DNA of 64,000 nt from Pocillopora damicornis (taxonomy: Eukaryota), in the NCBI RefSeq assembly GCF_003704095.1, contig NW_020845097.1, forward strand, positions 186,001-250,000. Direction: 5' to 3'. The translations under genes and the position numbers were made by a program. Below the pieces are notes generated by a model. It searched no databases. It saw only the letters and a list, made by a program, of their open reading frames with translations, and had not been told where the DNA came from. Below, one piece after another: positions 35,801 through 49,515 of the stretch (the first letter of the stretch is position 1; each line of letters starts with the position of its first letter).

Positions 35801-38800
35801 CCAAACGCAATACACATTCGCGGACTTTGGCTTCAAAGCACTGTCTCTATAACAACGCTCAAAACACTAATTTTAAGTTTTAAAAAGTGCCCTCATCTTG
35901 ATGAAAAAGAGGCCAATTTTAAAAGTTACGTAATTGCGTTTCCATAAATATATACCTTGCGAAAAGGCAGAGGCTGCTTCTTTAGGAAAAAGATAAAATA
36001 GACGATAAACTGCTCTTTTAAAATTAGATATCCGGTGGTTTTCTGAGATTGCATCGTCGCAAATTATTTAAGCGATTTTTAAGTTATTTTTATCGTGGCA
36101 GGGGGTTGTGACTTGGTTAAAATTGCGTCCATTTCGTGCTTATTCTCGTTTTTCCTTTAACTCCGTTAGTGTTGGAAGCGGAAAGGTTGGAAGATCAAAC
36201 TGAAATCGTCAAAAAACTCGGTTTCTTTTTAGGCTCATAAGCATTAAATATTCTAAATTTTGCACAAGTGTCAAAAAAAGAGTGAGTAGGTAAAGACGTT
36301 CCCACTCCCATTTTTGTACCTCGAGGTACGCAACATAGCTTCACAGGTGTTGGTTGAAGACTCGCATTACAGATCATGATCATGTCTGCCTTACCGTTTG
36401 GTTATACATGGTAAATATATGTTTACAAGTGTGTATTTCTTTTTCCTGCTAAAATATTTAAGGATTTACGAGCTTCTATGTTAGCCTTTGTAGAGATCTT
36501 CAGCCGGGATTTGCAGCCCGAGGGAGTTTTGATATACGGAAGGTTTGTTAAATGTGTATCGTGTGCTTTAGTCTAATATAAAAGGCGATGCGTCTAGATG
36601 ACGCGACCCACAGCCAATCTTTGGATATGGGTTGACGTAGGTGGGTAGATAATGATTCTCTGATTGTCAAGGATCCTGAAAGTCACTTTAAACTTGTTAA
36701 AGACGACTGTTACTTTTTAACTTGGATATTCGGTACCTCCAGAGTTACAAAAATATGGCTAAATAAACCTTTTTTATTGTCCACTCAACAACGATATAAA
36801 TTTGGTTTGGTCTCTGTAATTTCTTTGTTGTTCAATGCAAGCTATGAAACTCCAGTACTGGTTTTTCCTTCGGATGCGTGCTTTAGCAGTCACAATATTC
36901 TGCCTGCATCGGAATCTTCTGGTGGAGAGAATGAGTGCATGATATTGAAAGATGTTAGTGGACATTTTAATTTTGTGCTATATATAGTTTAAGCACGAAT
37001 ATAGATGCTATAGTTTCCGAGACTCATGTCTGTAGGTCAAATAAATAGCAGAGACAGAGGCACTTAGCAATGTTGAGATCGAGCCTAATAGACTCCAACG
37101 AGAAAAGCAAACAGCAAAGTCAGATAAGATAAGGGATTTGGCTTTGGATGCCCAAAAAAATACTTGTGTTTACGATGTCTGTGACTGGAAAGTAAAGTGC
37201 AGTTGTTATATGGGAACGCGTGCATTAAGTGAACGATAAATCAAATGATTACCGATCACATAGTATTTCAAATTGGTTGGTCAGGTTTATTTGATATAGG
37301 GAAACTAGATGCTTGGCTGGGCAATAGAGAATATGATTACACTACGTGTCTTTTGGACATGTTTCGATAAAAATAAAGACATACATACACAAAAATGATT
37401 TAGGCACCCCACGTGTTGAAGTATCATTTGTGGTTTTCCTGTTCACCTCTAAATTAAAAAGAATGGAATTTTCCTTTGTGCTCTGGTTTTTAAGAATGAT
37501 AGCTTTCCTCGGCTTTCTCTTGCTATTTTACTTTTGAAGTTTCTTCCAGAGCGGTCGAATCACCTCAAATGTAGTATTATTTGAGTTTTCTTTTAATGTT
37601 AGTTGTCCATAAACTAATAGGGGTGCCATGAGTAATAGAAGCTTGTGTATAGGAGGAAAGAAACTGAATATTCAGAGTGCTCTTGTTTTATATTTTCTTT
37701 TTCATATAAATCTATCTATTACCTGAATATCATAGACGAACCGTTTTCAAGATAATTAAAGCTGTGAGTAATACTCGGATACTCCGTGCTGTGATGCGAA
37801 CTTTCAAAATTATTTTTCTAAGCTCTTCTCTGATAATTTGAATATAGTATGCTCAACCTTGAGCAAGATTTATCAGTTGTTGATCATGCTAAAACTGTCA
37901 AAAAATTACTATTCCAATTATTTTAGGTTTACCCAACTCAATCATATCTGAACCCGTTTACAGCAGGAAAGACTTCAATCTCTACATCAAAATATCAAAT
38001 AAATAAATAAAGTGTTTAACTTGCTACGATTCGACTTCCGTCATTACTAAAGTCCGTCTCTCTCTCTTGCTGATATGTTCAAGTTTAGCTGATGAATTTA
38101 CCAATATATGTGTCTTTCGATTTGTGCACACTAATGTCCACACATATATCCGGTGTTAAATATAGTAAAGTGGAGTGTTTATTGTGGATTGAAAAGAGAA
38201 CACATCAGCGAGCAATACTGTTCATGCAAATAGTGAGCTATTGAAGTTGATTCGTGTTAAAAATGCTGAATTGTTTCCTAGTTAGACCTTTTTAAATATG
38301 GCGGCCGTTGGCAAGCCTCCCCGCCGATGGAAGTATTAAGTTATTCTCGCCAGGATAAGATAAAGAACCTCCTATGGAGCGAAGATTGTTACAAGCCACT
38401 TTGTTTGGTAATTTTGTCAAATGTTTACATCGACAGTCTTTGAAGACGAAAGGAACATGTCGCACGCCGTTGCGCGCAGCGAATTTTAAGCCACGGTCAC
38501 TGTTATCGTTTTAATTGTTTGATTATAAGACTCATTTGCCTTCGGCCGTTAACAAGATTGACTCAGAAGTTGAAGCGCCGGTATAAACAAAAAACATTTT
38601 GCTGCGGTGAAGTTTTTTCGGGTGAAGTTTTGGAGTCGATCTTACTGAAAATTGTATGTTCATGCAATCGCATGGTGTAACTCGTTTCCGGTCACAGAGT
38701 AGGCCCTTGCTGGAGTGAATCATTTAAAACACATTCGCGGTTTTTTGTTTACTAATGTTGCTCACGCGAATGAAATCAAAGGAGAGATCTCACCACAATT

Positions 38801-41800
38801 CATACAACCTTGCCAATTACTACTAGAAGTCATATAAAAAGCAAATTTTCATGGGATATTTAAGCTCCGTTTGTTACTTTGTTCGCACAGATGAGAGTAA
38901 CTATTTGTTAAATTGCCTTGCCGATACGGTTCGTAAGCCTTTTACTGCGCTCAAACTTTAAGAAAATTAGGAGTGCTTTAACTAGCTCACACTAGTGACG
39001 CGATAGTGTCGAGTGGTACTCATAAAAGCGTAGGCGTGATAGGCTGTAATAAAAACTTATATGATTAGTTCACCAGATGCATTTCCTGAATGAGCCAATT
39101 ACGGCTTCATTATAAATGGGCTTTTAGCGCGCCTCCCAGCGAGTTCGCATCACGCAATGCCATACATTTACGTGAAAGCACGCCCTGTTTACCCGCTAGA
39201 AAATTCAGTTCTTTCCATCGTTTCAAACATTTTTCTTTGTCGTCACTTCAAACGTGAGTCGGGATTAAATTAATTTTATATGATGCCTCCTGGGTATTAA
39301 AAAAAAAATTATATCTTTGTTATCCTGGTTCGTTGACGTAATAACCACCAAACGCATTAGGCCAATTTGCAGCTCTTTCTGTTCGTAAACTGATCTAATT
39401 ATCTCTGTTTACAGGTTTCGAGCACGAAACCTGTTACTTTGCGTGCGAATGTTAAAGCTGTTTTCACTTTCAAAGCGTCAAGCGTTTCTCTTATTCCAGA
39501 AATTTCTTGGCTCTCAACTACGATCAGTCACTTGAGAAATTTGGCCGTGCTGTGGCCAAATTTTATCTTGTTTTGTCGACAAGGTCGAGCGGAGCGAGCT
39601 TTGCACTTAGATCAGAGATAGCCCCCCTAATTGTTTGAGTGAAATTCGCCTCCAGCAATTTTAGAACTACCAGAATTTTAACGACTTACTGATAACTGAC
39701 ACACGTCAACTACAGCATATTTAATTATGTTTATGTGAGGTGTTCGTAAGCATTGTGGCTTTTGTTCACGCCCCTTGTGAAACAATCGTAAAAATCATAA
39801 AAAGTAAATTTGTTCCATGCAAACTTTTTGTTCTTATAATCTTTCCTATATTATACTCCACAATTAGGCAGATAATTCATTCATCCAAAAAGCCAACCTT
39901 TTTCTGGGAAAAATTTTGACGGATATGCCATTTCCTGCCTAATCTAGCCTGTGCTAGCCACATTTTAGACAGGAAATTGTTATCCCTCATTGTTCTCACC
40001 AAACCATTACGATACTTGTTTTAATTCTGCGTTATCATAATCGCACAATGTCTGTTCTGCCCATAGCGTGCAGTGACGAAGGTAATTTGCTGAGTAATGG
40101 TGACAGGTTTGTCCGGCCACAAAACATTGTATTTACAATGAGGATAGGCTTTCATTGCCGTGGAATTGGTGGTGCTGCATGCGGTCTCAGTCACTAGCTC
40201 TTGTTATGTATTTATTAGTCCTTACAGTAACTATGAAAACTCTTGAACGAGAGAGCAATACCAAACACGTGAAAATTTAACATGGCTAGCAAAGCGGATC
40301 AAGACGTGTTTTTCTTTTCCGCTTTTGTCGTCGTTGTCAAGGTTTCTCAATTTTGACGTAAATTAGCGCTTGACCTGTCAAGTAGACTCAGCTGCTTTTC
40401 GTGAAGAAACGCATAATTTAGTATAATTATTTCCACTGTTCAAACACTCTAGAAAAAGGTCGTACACCGTGAATCCTTTTGAATGCTGACGTTAATTCTT
40501 CCTGTTTATATAAAAATATATCAATAACGCTGTCTCATTCCCAATAATTACTTGAAACAGTTCTTCGTCGACAAAAGCACTGTTAGATGAGTCAGCTTTC
40601 GTGGCCTTTCCCTGACAGGTGGGCCATTTATCACCCCCAGTTACTTTTTTATTTGAATAAGTTTTCCTTTTAGTATTTTCACACAAAATTAAGAATGAAG
40701 AGGCATAATCAGCGGAGGACGGGCGTTACAAAGGAAGTGGTTCAAAGTAGCCTGGAGAAATAAATAAAGAGACCGCAACTGGGAGGTTTCAGAGTAGATT
40801 TACACTTTCAGGTCACGAAACAATTGACGCAAACACGGATGGTTTTAGTTTGTATTTTAAGTCATTATGAATAAATCAATTTACAGTTGAAAAAAAAAAT
40901 AGAAAATAAAAGAAAGGATCAGAAGATGTTGAAAATTTTATTTTCATAGAAGTTTACATTTTAATGAACAGAATTTTGGCTCAGACAACTTCTGCTAGTA
41001 TTTGCCTTTTTAATTCGTTTTTCGCTCAGTTCAATTACCAATTCCAGAAAATTCCGGGCTGTTTTTGCGAGAAAGATAATTTTCACCAAAGCTTTTAGCA
41101 GGAAAATGGATTTCCTTTCTACCTTTTTTTAAAAATTAAACAAATATAAGGTTTAAGACGTAGGAAAAGTTTTCATTGCATCTTGTTACAAAAAAAGAGA
41201 GAAATATATCGAAAATAAATAACTTTCGCCAACTAGTTCTCTTTAGGTAACTATTCCAAGCGTCGATAGCTGTCTCTTCCAGGTTGGCTATTATTTTAGT
41301 GAAATGTCAAGCAAAAATTTCTTTCTTGCGACAAGAATTCAATACAAGGTCAAAAAGAAAATTTTAAGACATCTATAATATTATTAGTTACTGCTATACT
41401 AAAACTTATTTTTTGTCAGTATGTTTTTCAGTATTCTCTTGTTTTCATGTCACCTCCCTTTACTTTGTTTCGCATCTTTCCTGTAATCTTTCTCCACAGA
41501 ACCGGATTCCCTAGCTACACACCGTTCTTCAAATACTTATTACTAACTCTTTGCCTTTCATTTAAACAAAGACTTTGACCGGTGGAATAAAGAAACTGTA
41601 AGAGAGACAACAAAAGAATAAACGCCCACTCTTTTTAAAATAGGAACAAAAAAAAGAAGAATAAGAACGCACCTCTCTGGTATAAGAACAAGAAAAAAAG
41701 AGAGAGATTAAGAAAAAAAAGAGAAATTCTGGAAATTTGTCTCAGTTGCATTTATTAGATTTACACTTATTTTTGATCGTTGACTTCACTGTTTATACAG

Positions 41801-44800
41801 TAGAGAAGATTATGAATTTCGTATTCTTCCATTTGAAATGACGCGGAAATCGTTTAATCAGACACAGCTGACTGTTTCTTGAAGAGATTTTTGAAAATCT
41901 TTGGCATATTTAGGAGAAAATGCTTCATAACTGACGATGATAATACACCGATTTCACTTATAAACAGTGAAGACCAATACCAAGTAAAACTTCAAGGCCA
42001 AACAATATTTCAGCATGAAATCACGATAAGTAAATCCAAATGTTGAGTGTTTGACAAATAAAATATTTTAGACAGCGGTTAAGAAAAACCTGAAGGAAAT
42101 ATTGAAGATCTAGAACCATTTCCACCCATCGATAGCTATACTGTGTCAATATTTTGTGGGCATAACTTGATTCCTTTAAGTCTCATAGAAGGGGATGATC
42201 AAGGAATTATTTTTGTTAATCAATATTGAAACTGGCATTTTGCTAAATACTTAGTTGAAATATGTGAACGTTACAGAAAAGCACAGGATTTATCATTAAA
42301 AATTCGGTAAAAGTCGATAAGATTATTAGGTAAGGGATACAAAAATCATCCACCGGCAGAATACCTCTTCAGGAATTTCTGTCACACCGACTGCTCATTT
42401 CGTTCTACTTAAGAGATTAGATCTCAAATCAATTTTTACTATATCGGCTCTTTGATTTTGAAATGACGGCCTATTTTAAGATTAAGAGTGTAAATCATGG
42501 GATAGGTTTCGCTCCCTTTGTACTCGATTATCAGCTTTTCTTTGTTGTGGGCGCATTACGTCTTTTGGTAATGACCTAACCACTTGAGCCGAGCTATTTC
42601 AGTTTTGTTTTGTAACCGCAATTGTTGCTATGTTTTTTTCGTCGTTAAGCTCTTATCGCTTGCATCTCTTGAGGATGACGGAAAATGCGACCATTGTACT
42701 AACACGATTGCGACGCTTGGATTTTCGTTAACATTCCTGAGCATGAAATATAGTTCTCTACCAAGAATAGGAAATCGAAACCTTATGGCTTGCATTTAGG
42801 TTTGGCTGGTGAATAGATCTTGAAGTGTCTTGGTTCTTTAATTTAGACATCAGTAAGGTTCACATTCAGTTTCTGTACTACAGTCGCTTCTGAATTATTT
42901 GCTTTGCTTCTAGAAACAGCTTTTGGTATTCAAGATAAAGTTAAGGCGGTGCACAATTGTTACAATTTTATACATATATTTAGCCTAAGGGAATAACATG
43001 CTAGATTTGTAGTATTTGGTGTATTACATTCTTGTAAATAAGTCTTTTTGAAAAACACGAGCCAATGACGTATTCTCAACATCAAAAATAGTACGATGAA
43101 GTGTTTTTGTGTTCTTCTGTGGCTACGAATGTTTCTTTAATTAGTTTCTGTACAATATAACAATCCACATTTCCTCTACATTGCTTTTTAGAAGATTGTA
43201 TGATTGAATCTTGATTGCTTCCCTTCGATAATCGTAAGTCCAGTATTAAAAACAGAATATTTTGTTTTGCCTTGTTTTTTATTTAATATTTATATTTATT
43301 TACTTGAAGTCGATTTTTCTGATTTATTGAGGTGAACAGCATACTTCTTCAGTTGCTTCTCAAGCACAAGCTGCTGAAACTCTCTAGTCTATTTTCTTTG
43401 CAGCCAGGTTATTTATAGATCCAGTACAACATTTACATCTTCATATCTGAACAATCACAACTTCTAAAAGCTTCGTTCACAATTGGGTATATTCTTTTAC
43501 AAACTTTCATTCTCAAAAAATTTTTGTGAAAGAACTTTTATGTAAAAGTAATGGGTGTAGAAAAGGGCAGGTTGCTGATGAGGGCGAATTCACAGTCACT
43601 CCTCTTCCCTCCGAAGAAAACGTCTGAGGATATCTTGTAGCTGATGACAAATTCATGCTCCTAAAGCACTTGTCGGAATTAAATATTCATTGCACCTTGA
43701 TTTTAGCTATTTTTGCAATATTAACAGACAGTAAGAAGACCCCTGTCATTTACTCTATCTATTAGGAAACGCCAGCAGGGTTACAAGCGGCAACACCCAT
43801 TTCGGCTATACCCTGGTGCTGAATGGAAATGACAAATGTTCGCTTTGTAAGATCGAACGGCGACTAATCCATATTAATCGCCCTTTTTCGATGATGTCTG
43901 GAACAGAGAAGACTTGCATTTTTTTTTACCTTCTTTGGTCTTAATGTCCAGATTCAGGAAAAATTTATTACTTGGGACAATTTCGATCATTTTTTAAACC
44001 GTTTGATGTCTCCCTCAACCATTGCAAAGTTTTAGAGTCGGTTATTTAAACAAAACACGGCGATCTAAACTATCCTCAATTTAGCCGAACCTTTTAACTG
44101 AAAATGTATTTTTGTGAAGAACAGTGTCAAGACTGTCGAAATCTAACTAGGGAAATAACATTTATTAAATTAAATCAACCCTCGTATAGAGAATACCTGA
44201 GGCACACTGCTTGCGTAATACCGCGGTTTGGGTTAGACCTCGTGTAAATAACGGGGTCTTAGTTTTCAGTGTCATTCCTTAAGGCGACGTATGTTTCCTA
44301 TTCTTGTGTTATGTGAATTCTCGATTTATTTATTTATTCCTTTATTTCTTTTATCTGCGTTCATTTTCCAAACAGCAGCTTTTAAACTTTTGTAACTTGA
44401 GCCAACATAGTCAATACATTGCTGTTTTCATATAGCAGCTCGTAACAGCTCTGCCCAAATTTACACACTTTTGCATCCCAAGAAGTTTTAAAAGATTGTT
44501 TTCTCGAAGGAGAGACAAAGCTGAATAATTATTGGATGCTATAGGGCTATCGTTTCAGGCAAACAGGGTGCATGGGTTTTGAAAGCTGAGAAAGTTGATA
44601 AGTCGCCTATAAACAAAAGTTAAAAGTTAGTCGCAAGAGACACTCGGGCTTTGCAATTGCAAGAGCCTAGCCTTGGTGATAAAGTCATCTTCCAAGAAGT
44701 GCTCATCCCGTCTTTGCATCAGACAGTGTGAATTAGAATGTTAAACCAATAGCTTTGAAGATCTGACTTTTAATTCCCTCTTCCAGATCCTTCACCAAAT

Positions 44801-47800
44801 CTCACAACTAAAGCATGTTTCTCGGGATTGGATTTTGAAATTGTGGCTTTCAACGCTCATCACTTCTTTGCTGGAAAATGTACAGAGCATCCTAAGGAGG
44901 AGTTATAAAGTAATCGCTTAAAGGTTAGGAATGTTTTTCCAGGGTGTAATGCCTGAAGTTAGTGAAAAAATGTCTATTTCAAGTTGTTGGCTGAACTTAG
45001 CCTCTGACGAATTAAATTAAATTGTGCAGCTGCTGCGCTGTTTCGTTTCTGGATCAGAAACAACTTGAGAACCATTGAACCACCTCACTGAATGAAAATA
45101 GAAAAGGTGATAATAATAGTAGTGATTTTAATGATAATATTACCAATAATAATCATAACAGTGTAAATTATGAAAATGATAATACCTCATGCAAATAATA
45201 GAAATGATAGTTTGATATTAGAATAGACGATAAATTGGACGTGGTTAAAAAGCAAATTTAGGTAGGCATCATGCAACTCGTCTGAAGCAGAGAAAATGAA
45301 AGAGGTTTAATCCATTACTTTTAGCATTTTTTTTTAATCCACTATTTTTAGTAGTTTAATCCATTATTTTTAGCAAAGCTCTTCTGTAACTAAAAAAAGA
45401 AAGCAGAAAACAAAGGCCTAAGGATTTAACACATTGTAGTAATGATTAAAAATTGATATTGATAAAGAAAATACCCGACCTCTTCTCGTATGTGTGCTGT
45501 TATATTCATCGGATGCGACACGCTGAATACATACTGGTCTCTCTCTCTTTCCTGAATACAATATACATCCACTCACGGAAAACATTTATAAACAAATGGT
45601 CACGGCTGTGTTGCCTCTACCAAACCTCGCACATATACATGCAACTGAAGCAGGAGATCGAAATGATTTGTGCAAGCACTCCCAGTAGTTAGAGATTGTA
45701 GTTTGGTTTGGTTGCTTCTGATAGTTTTGGTGACTTTTCTCATGGACTATAAATAGAACAGAGAATTCTATGAATTTAAAAAGAAATATTAGGAACGACA
45801 AGCCGCATGCGACGCTATTTTGTATAGGAAGAGATGAACGCTAAAAACTGTTCTTCTTCATGAATGAGCTTTGTTAAAATGCAACACTATTTTGAGTACT
45901 TTCAGGATCAGTTACATGTCGATATTTTGTAGACTCATGCACAAGAAGGATTCCCCGGGTTTCATAAGTGAAAGAATATTTGGTATCAGATTTTCACTCA
46001 AACAAGTAAATATCTGATGAGTAGAATTTGCCGACGAAAACAAACTTACACAAAGAGAAGAGATGTGAAGACAACGTGTAGGAGACTTAAGTGCAGCAAA
46101 AATTATTTGCTAAGATTGCCAAAAGAAGATCAAATTTTTCAAAAGAGTGCACATACAAAATTTTAAGCTTCTGCAAATGTATGTAGAGTAGTAGAAATTT
46201 AGAATTATATAATGACTGTAGGTTTTATTTCCTATATGCAGCAAAAACTCCGGATGTTAAATCTGTGAGCTTTATCGGGAGGCAATACAAATAAATTATT
46301 GTAATCTTTCAGACTTTTATTCTAAACTGAGATTATTTTCCTCAAAATATCTCATCTCATTAGCAATTAACTCAAGCGATTATGAAGGATTTTTTTTCTT
46401 AGAAATGGTCCTACAAATCTTAGTTTCTTGATTTGCAGGGCTGCAAATGGTCATTATAAACAATATCCGCATAACACACTGTTTGGTGAAGAATATCAAA
46501 GTTCTAGAACCAATTATAGCTTTTGGAGAAGATAATTGATTTCTCTCATTTAAGTCATTATTCTACCGTAAACGCTAGAGAGGAATTTGGAATGAGGGTG
46601 CCCGAAGGGAGAATTTGTACTTTGATATCATGGAGTCCTGAGTCACTTGCATTGGTCACAAATACAATGCACTTCAAAATTACTCCTACGAGGGGTCTGC
46701 TTCTTGTCTGACCTTAGCTTAAAGCCATGTCAAATGATATTTGTCATCTTTCATGTTGAGTACTCCAGGCGCCAAAGAGCTCTAATTAGCTTGAAGAGTA
46801 TTGATGCTTTTCTCTTGGCAGCGCCAAACTTATTCTTGACGTGTACACGTACAGTTTTATCACTTTCTAATTTTAACATTCTTTGCTATAAAGGAGTTGG
46901 CTGAAGAGGGTTTCCCAATAGAAAGCATAATTAAAGAACTTGATTAACTATAAAGCTTGCCAGCGAGGTATTATTTTCCCATGCACTTTTTTTAAAACCG
47001 ACTTTGGAATTTCGTGACGGGACTCGAAATCATCAAATTGAAGTTAGTTCGCTAATTGTCGCTCCAAGGGCATTTTCATGGAAAGAGGTTCCATAGTTCA
47101 ACAACAAACCATTGTTAGTGAGAGATGGTTCTTAAGGGATGCTTCTTTTGTAAAGTCATCAATTTAAGAATGAGAAGCGTTTTGTTGCCAAGCAACAGTG
47201 TATTTGTTAGCACCAAACACTTGACTTCTTTCAAGCTTTAACACGCAATTTGCTTCCTTTCATTGAAGTGGCACGTTTCTTTAAGGCCGGGGTAATCTTC
47301 CTTTCAGAAAGAGATCGAGCCGAGCAAATGGAGGAAATTTAGTTCGCTGTTTTTCTAGCAGTAAAAAAAATTGATAAAACCAACGACAATAGCGAAAACG
47401 ACTTTCCAGACAAAATACACAGAGAATGGTGGGGTCCTGGACAAATGTCCCTTTCTTGAGCAACCCTTAATCACATGTTGTCATCGATTGACGGTGAACT
47501 GGGAGTGTAAGTAGTTTTTTTGAGTTTCTCCCACACCATCGTTACCAAAAAACTACTGGCACTCTGGTGAATGTGGGCTGCCGGTAAAATTTCCTCCTTT
47601 CACTTAATGTCATCAGGTTGAGTACTGTTAGGGATATTTCAGAAAACTTTCCTTAACATGTGAACACTTGTGTTTGAAACTATACCCTTTTATCCTCACT
47701 TCCTCTTACGATCAACGTGTAGCAAGCCACTAAGGTTCGTAAGCTCGACTGACCGAGCTATGCTTTATGAGTGTATGGCCATGGTGCCCTAGGTCAAGCT

Positions 47801-48739
47801 TGTTGCTCACAACGTGCTCATCTTTTGCTATAGTATCTCTTCCCTTCTTACTTACATTGGTCGGTTTTCAAGGATACCACACCTGTTCATTATGAAATAA
47901 TTAAGTCGAAGTTTTGACAGATTAATCCAGCTGCTCAGCTGATTTGAAGTCTATCATTCTATAGAATTGTATCATAAAATGATTCTCTTCTCAACCAAGG
48001 TAAAAAAAAAAAATGGTTGTAGGAAGAAATTATAACCCAAACACTGATAATTATATCTCACGGTTTCCCATCAATTCTGCATTTACATAGTTTCTGGTGC
48101 TCAAGACACAATGTCCTCCGCCAACAAGGGCCACACCAAGGTATATTTCCGATAAAAAGGTGGGCGCCAGTATTCTTTTGAAGAAGCATTTTGGTCCGGT
48201 TATACAACACGAAGGGCAGGTATGACTGGAAAAACAATTGCCTCAGTTCATATCAATGTAACCCTACCAACCGAGAGAAGCTCGCCGCAGCTATCCTCGT
48301 AGAAATGGTGCGTTGTTTTGTGACAGGTTCATAAAATTATTCGTTCTCTGACTGTTTCTGATTTTCAAAGATGACAGTTATTACACCCCAGACACACGAT
48401 CGCTAAGGTGGATACAAACTCTTGAAATTGAAGAGCCTGATTGAGTAACATCATCGTTGCGGGGAGCTCGGAGGGTGTCCAAATGCGAGAATGTGGCCGT
48501 CTTTTTAATTTAAGTGGATGGAATACGTGGAATACAAAGAGCCTGTTTAAACTAAAATGTCTACGAATAGTTGACGCATGGCTTCCTTAAAAATCAAAAG
48601 ATGCCTGGAAACTTCTTAACTTAAATTTGGGCGTTTTACTTCTGCAGGCTCTTGGTAAGGATATGATTCTAGAGGCTAAACCTGTGTCTTGATGTTTGAT
48701 ACTTTTGAAAAAGGTATACTGAAATTTAAAAAAGTAATT

Positions 48740-49466
48740 AAGTATCAACAACTTAGGCAGTTGATAACGTTAAGCTTTGGCCCGTCGTCAGAGCGAATGG
48801 AAACTTGTCCTTGACGAAGAGCTCACGCTCGAAAAGCCAGCTTTGAAACTCTTAACGGTGGCCATTTTACTAAGTTTATAGTTGACTGTGAATATATGAA
48901 AATCATATGTGTGAACTGCGGATAAAGACGTGAACATGAAAGCGATCTTCGCAGTAATGAACACTTCTTGAGCAGTTGTGAAAAGAAGGCCTTAAAAAAA
49001 TTCAGTTCATATTTATTATTTTCATATATTCACAGTCATTTATAAATCACTTCACGGGTTTCTTTGGAACCCGCAACATAATAAACAGCTCTCAGCTGGC
49101 TTGAATTTTTTTATTTTTCGGGCCCTCTTTTCACTACAGCTTAAGTAGTGTTCATTACAGCGAAGATCGCTTTCATATTCATGTATTTAATCGCAGTTCA
49201 CATGTATAATTTTCATATATTCACAGTCATTTATTCATCACCTCACGGGTTTATTTGGAACCAACATAATGACCAGCTCCGTTGGCTTGTTAGCCCAGTT
49301 GGTAGAGCACTACACTGGTATCGCAGAGGTCATGGGTTAAAATCCCGTACATGCCTGAATTTCTTTTTTCAGGCCTTCTTTCCACTACTTCTCAAGTTGT
49401 GTTCATTAGTGCAAGGATCGCTCTCATATTCACCTAAGTTGATAATACCACATAATCTTGTTGTAT

Positions 49467-49498
<32 letters not shown>

Positions 49499-49515
49499 AA
49501 AAACTTACCCCCTTT
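48740..49515. mobile_element. Penelope/retrozyme-like repeat with decayed hammerhead, interrupted by a tRNA-SINE-like composite (48877-49433)
   Basis: tTGACGA-a-GAGC-tcac-GCTC-GAAA at 48811-48834. The insertion is flanked by CTAAGTT at 48870-48876 and 49434-49440. A tRNA-like head with A/B boxes lies at about 49283-49358. Confidence 0.6.

Noticed and set aside
49283-49358. tRNA gene
   Set aside because: A/B-box-like motifs are present, but there is no complete cloverleaf and it is embedded in a repeat. It is treated as a SINE-like head.
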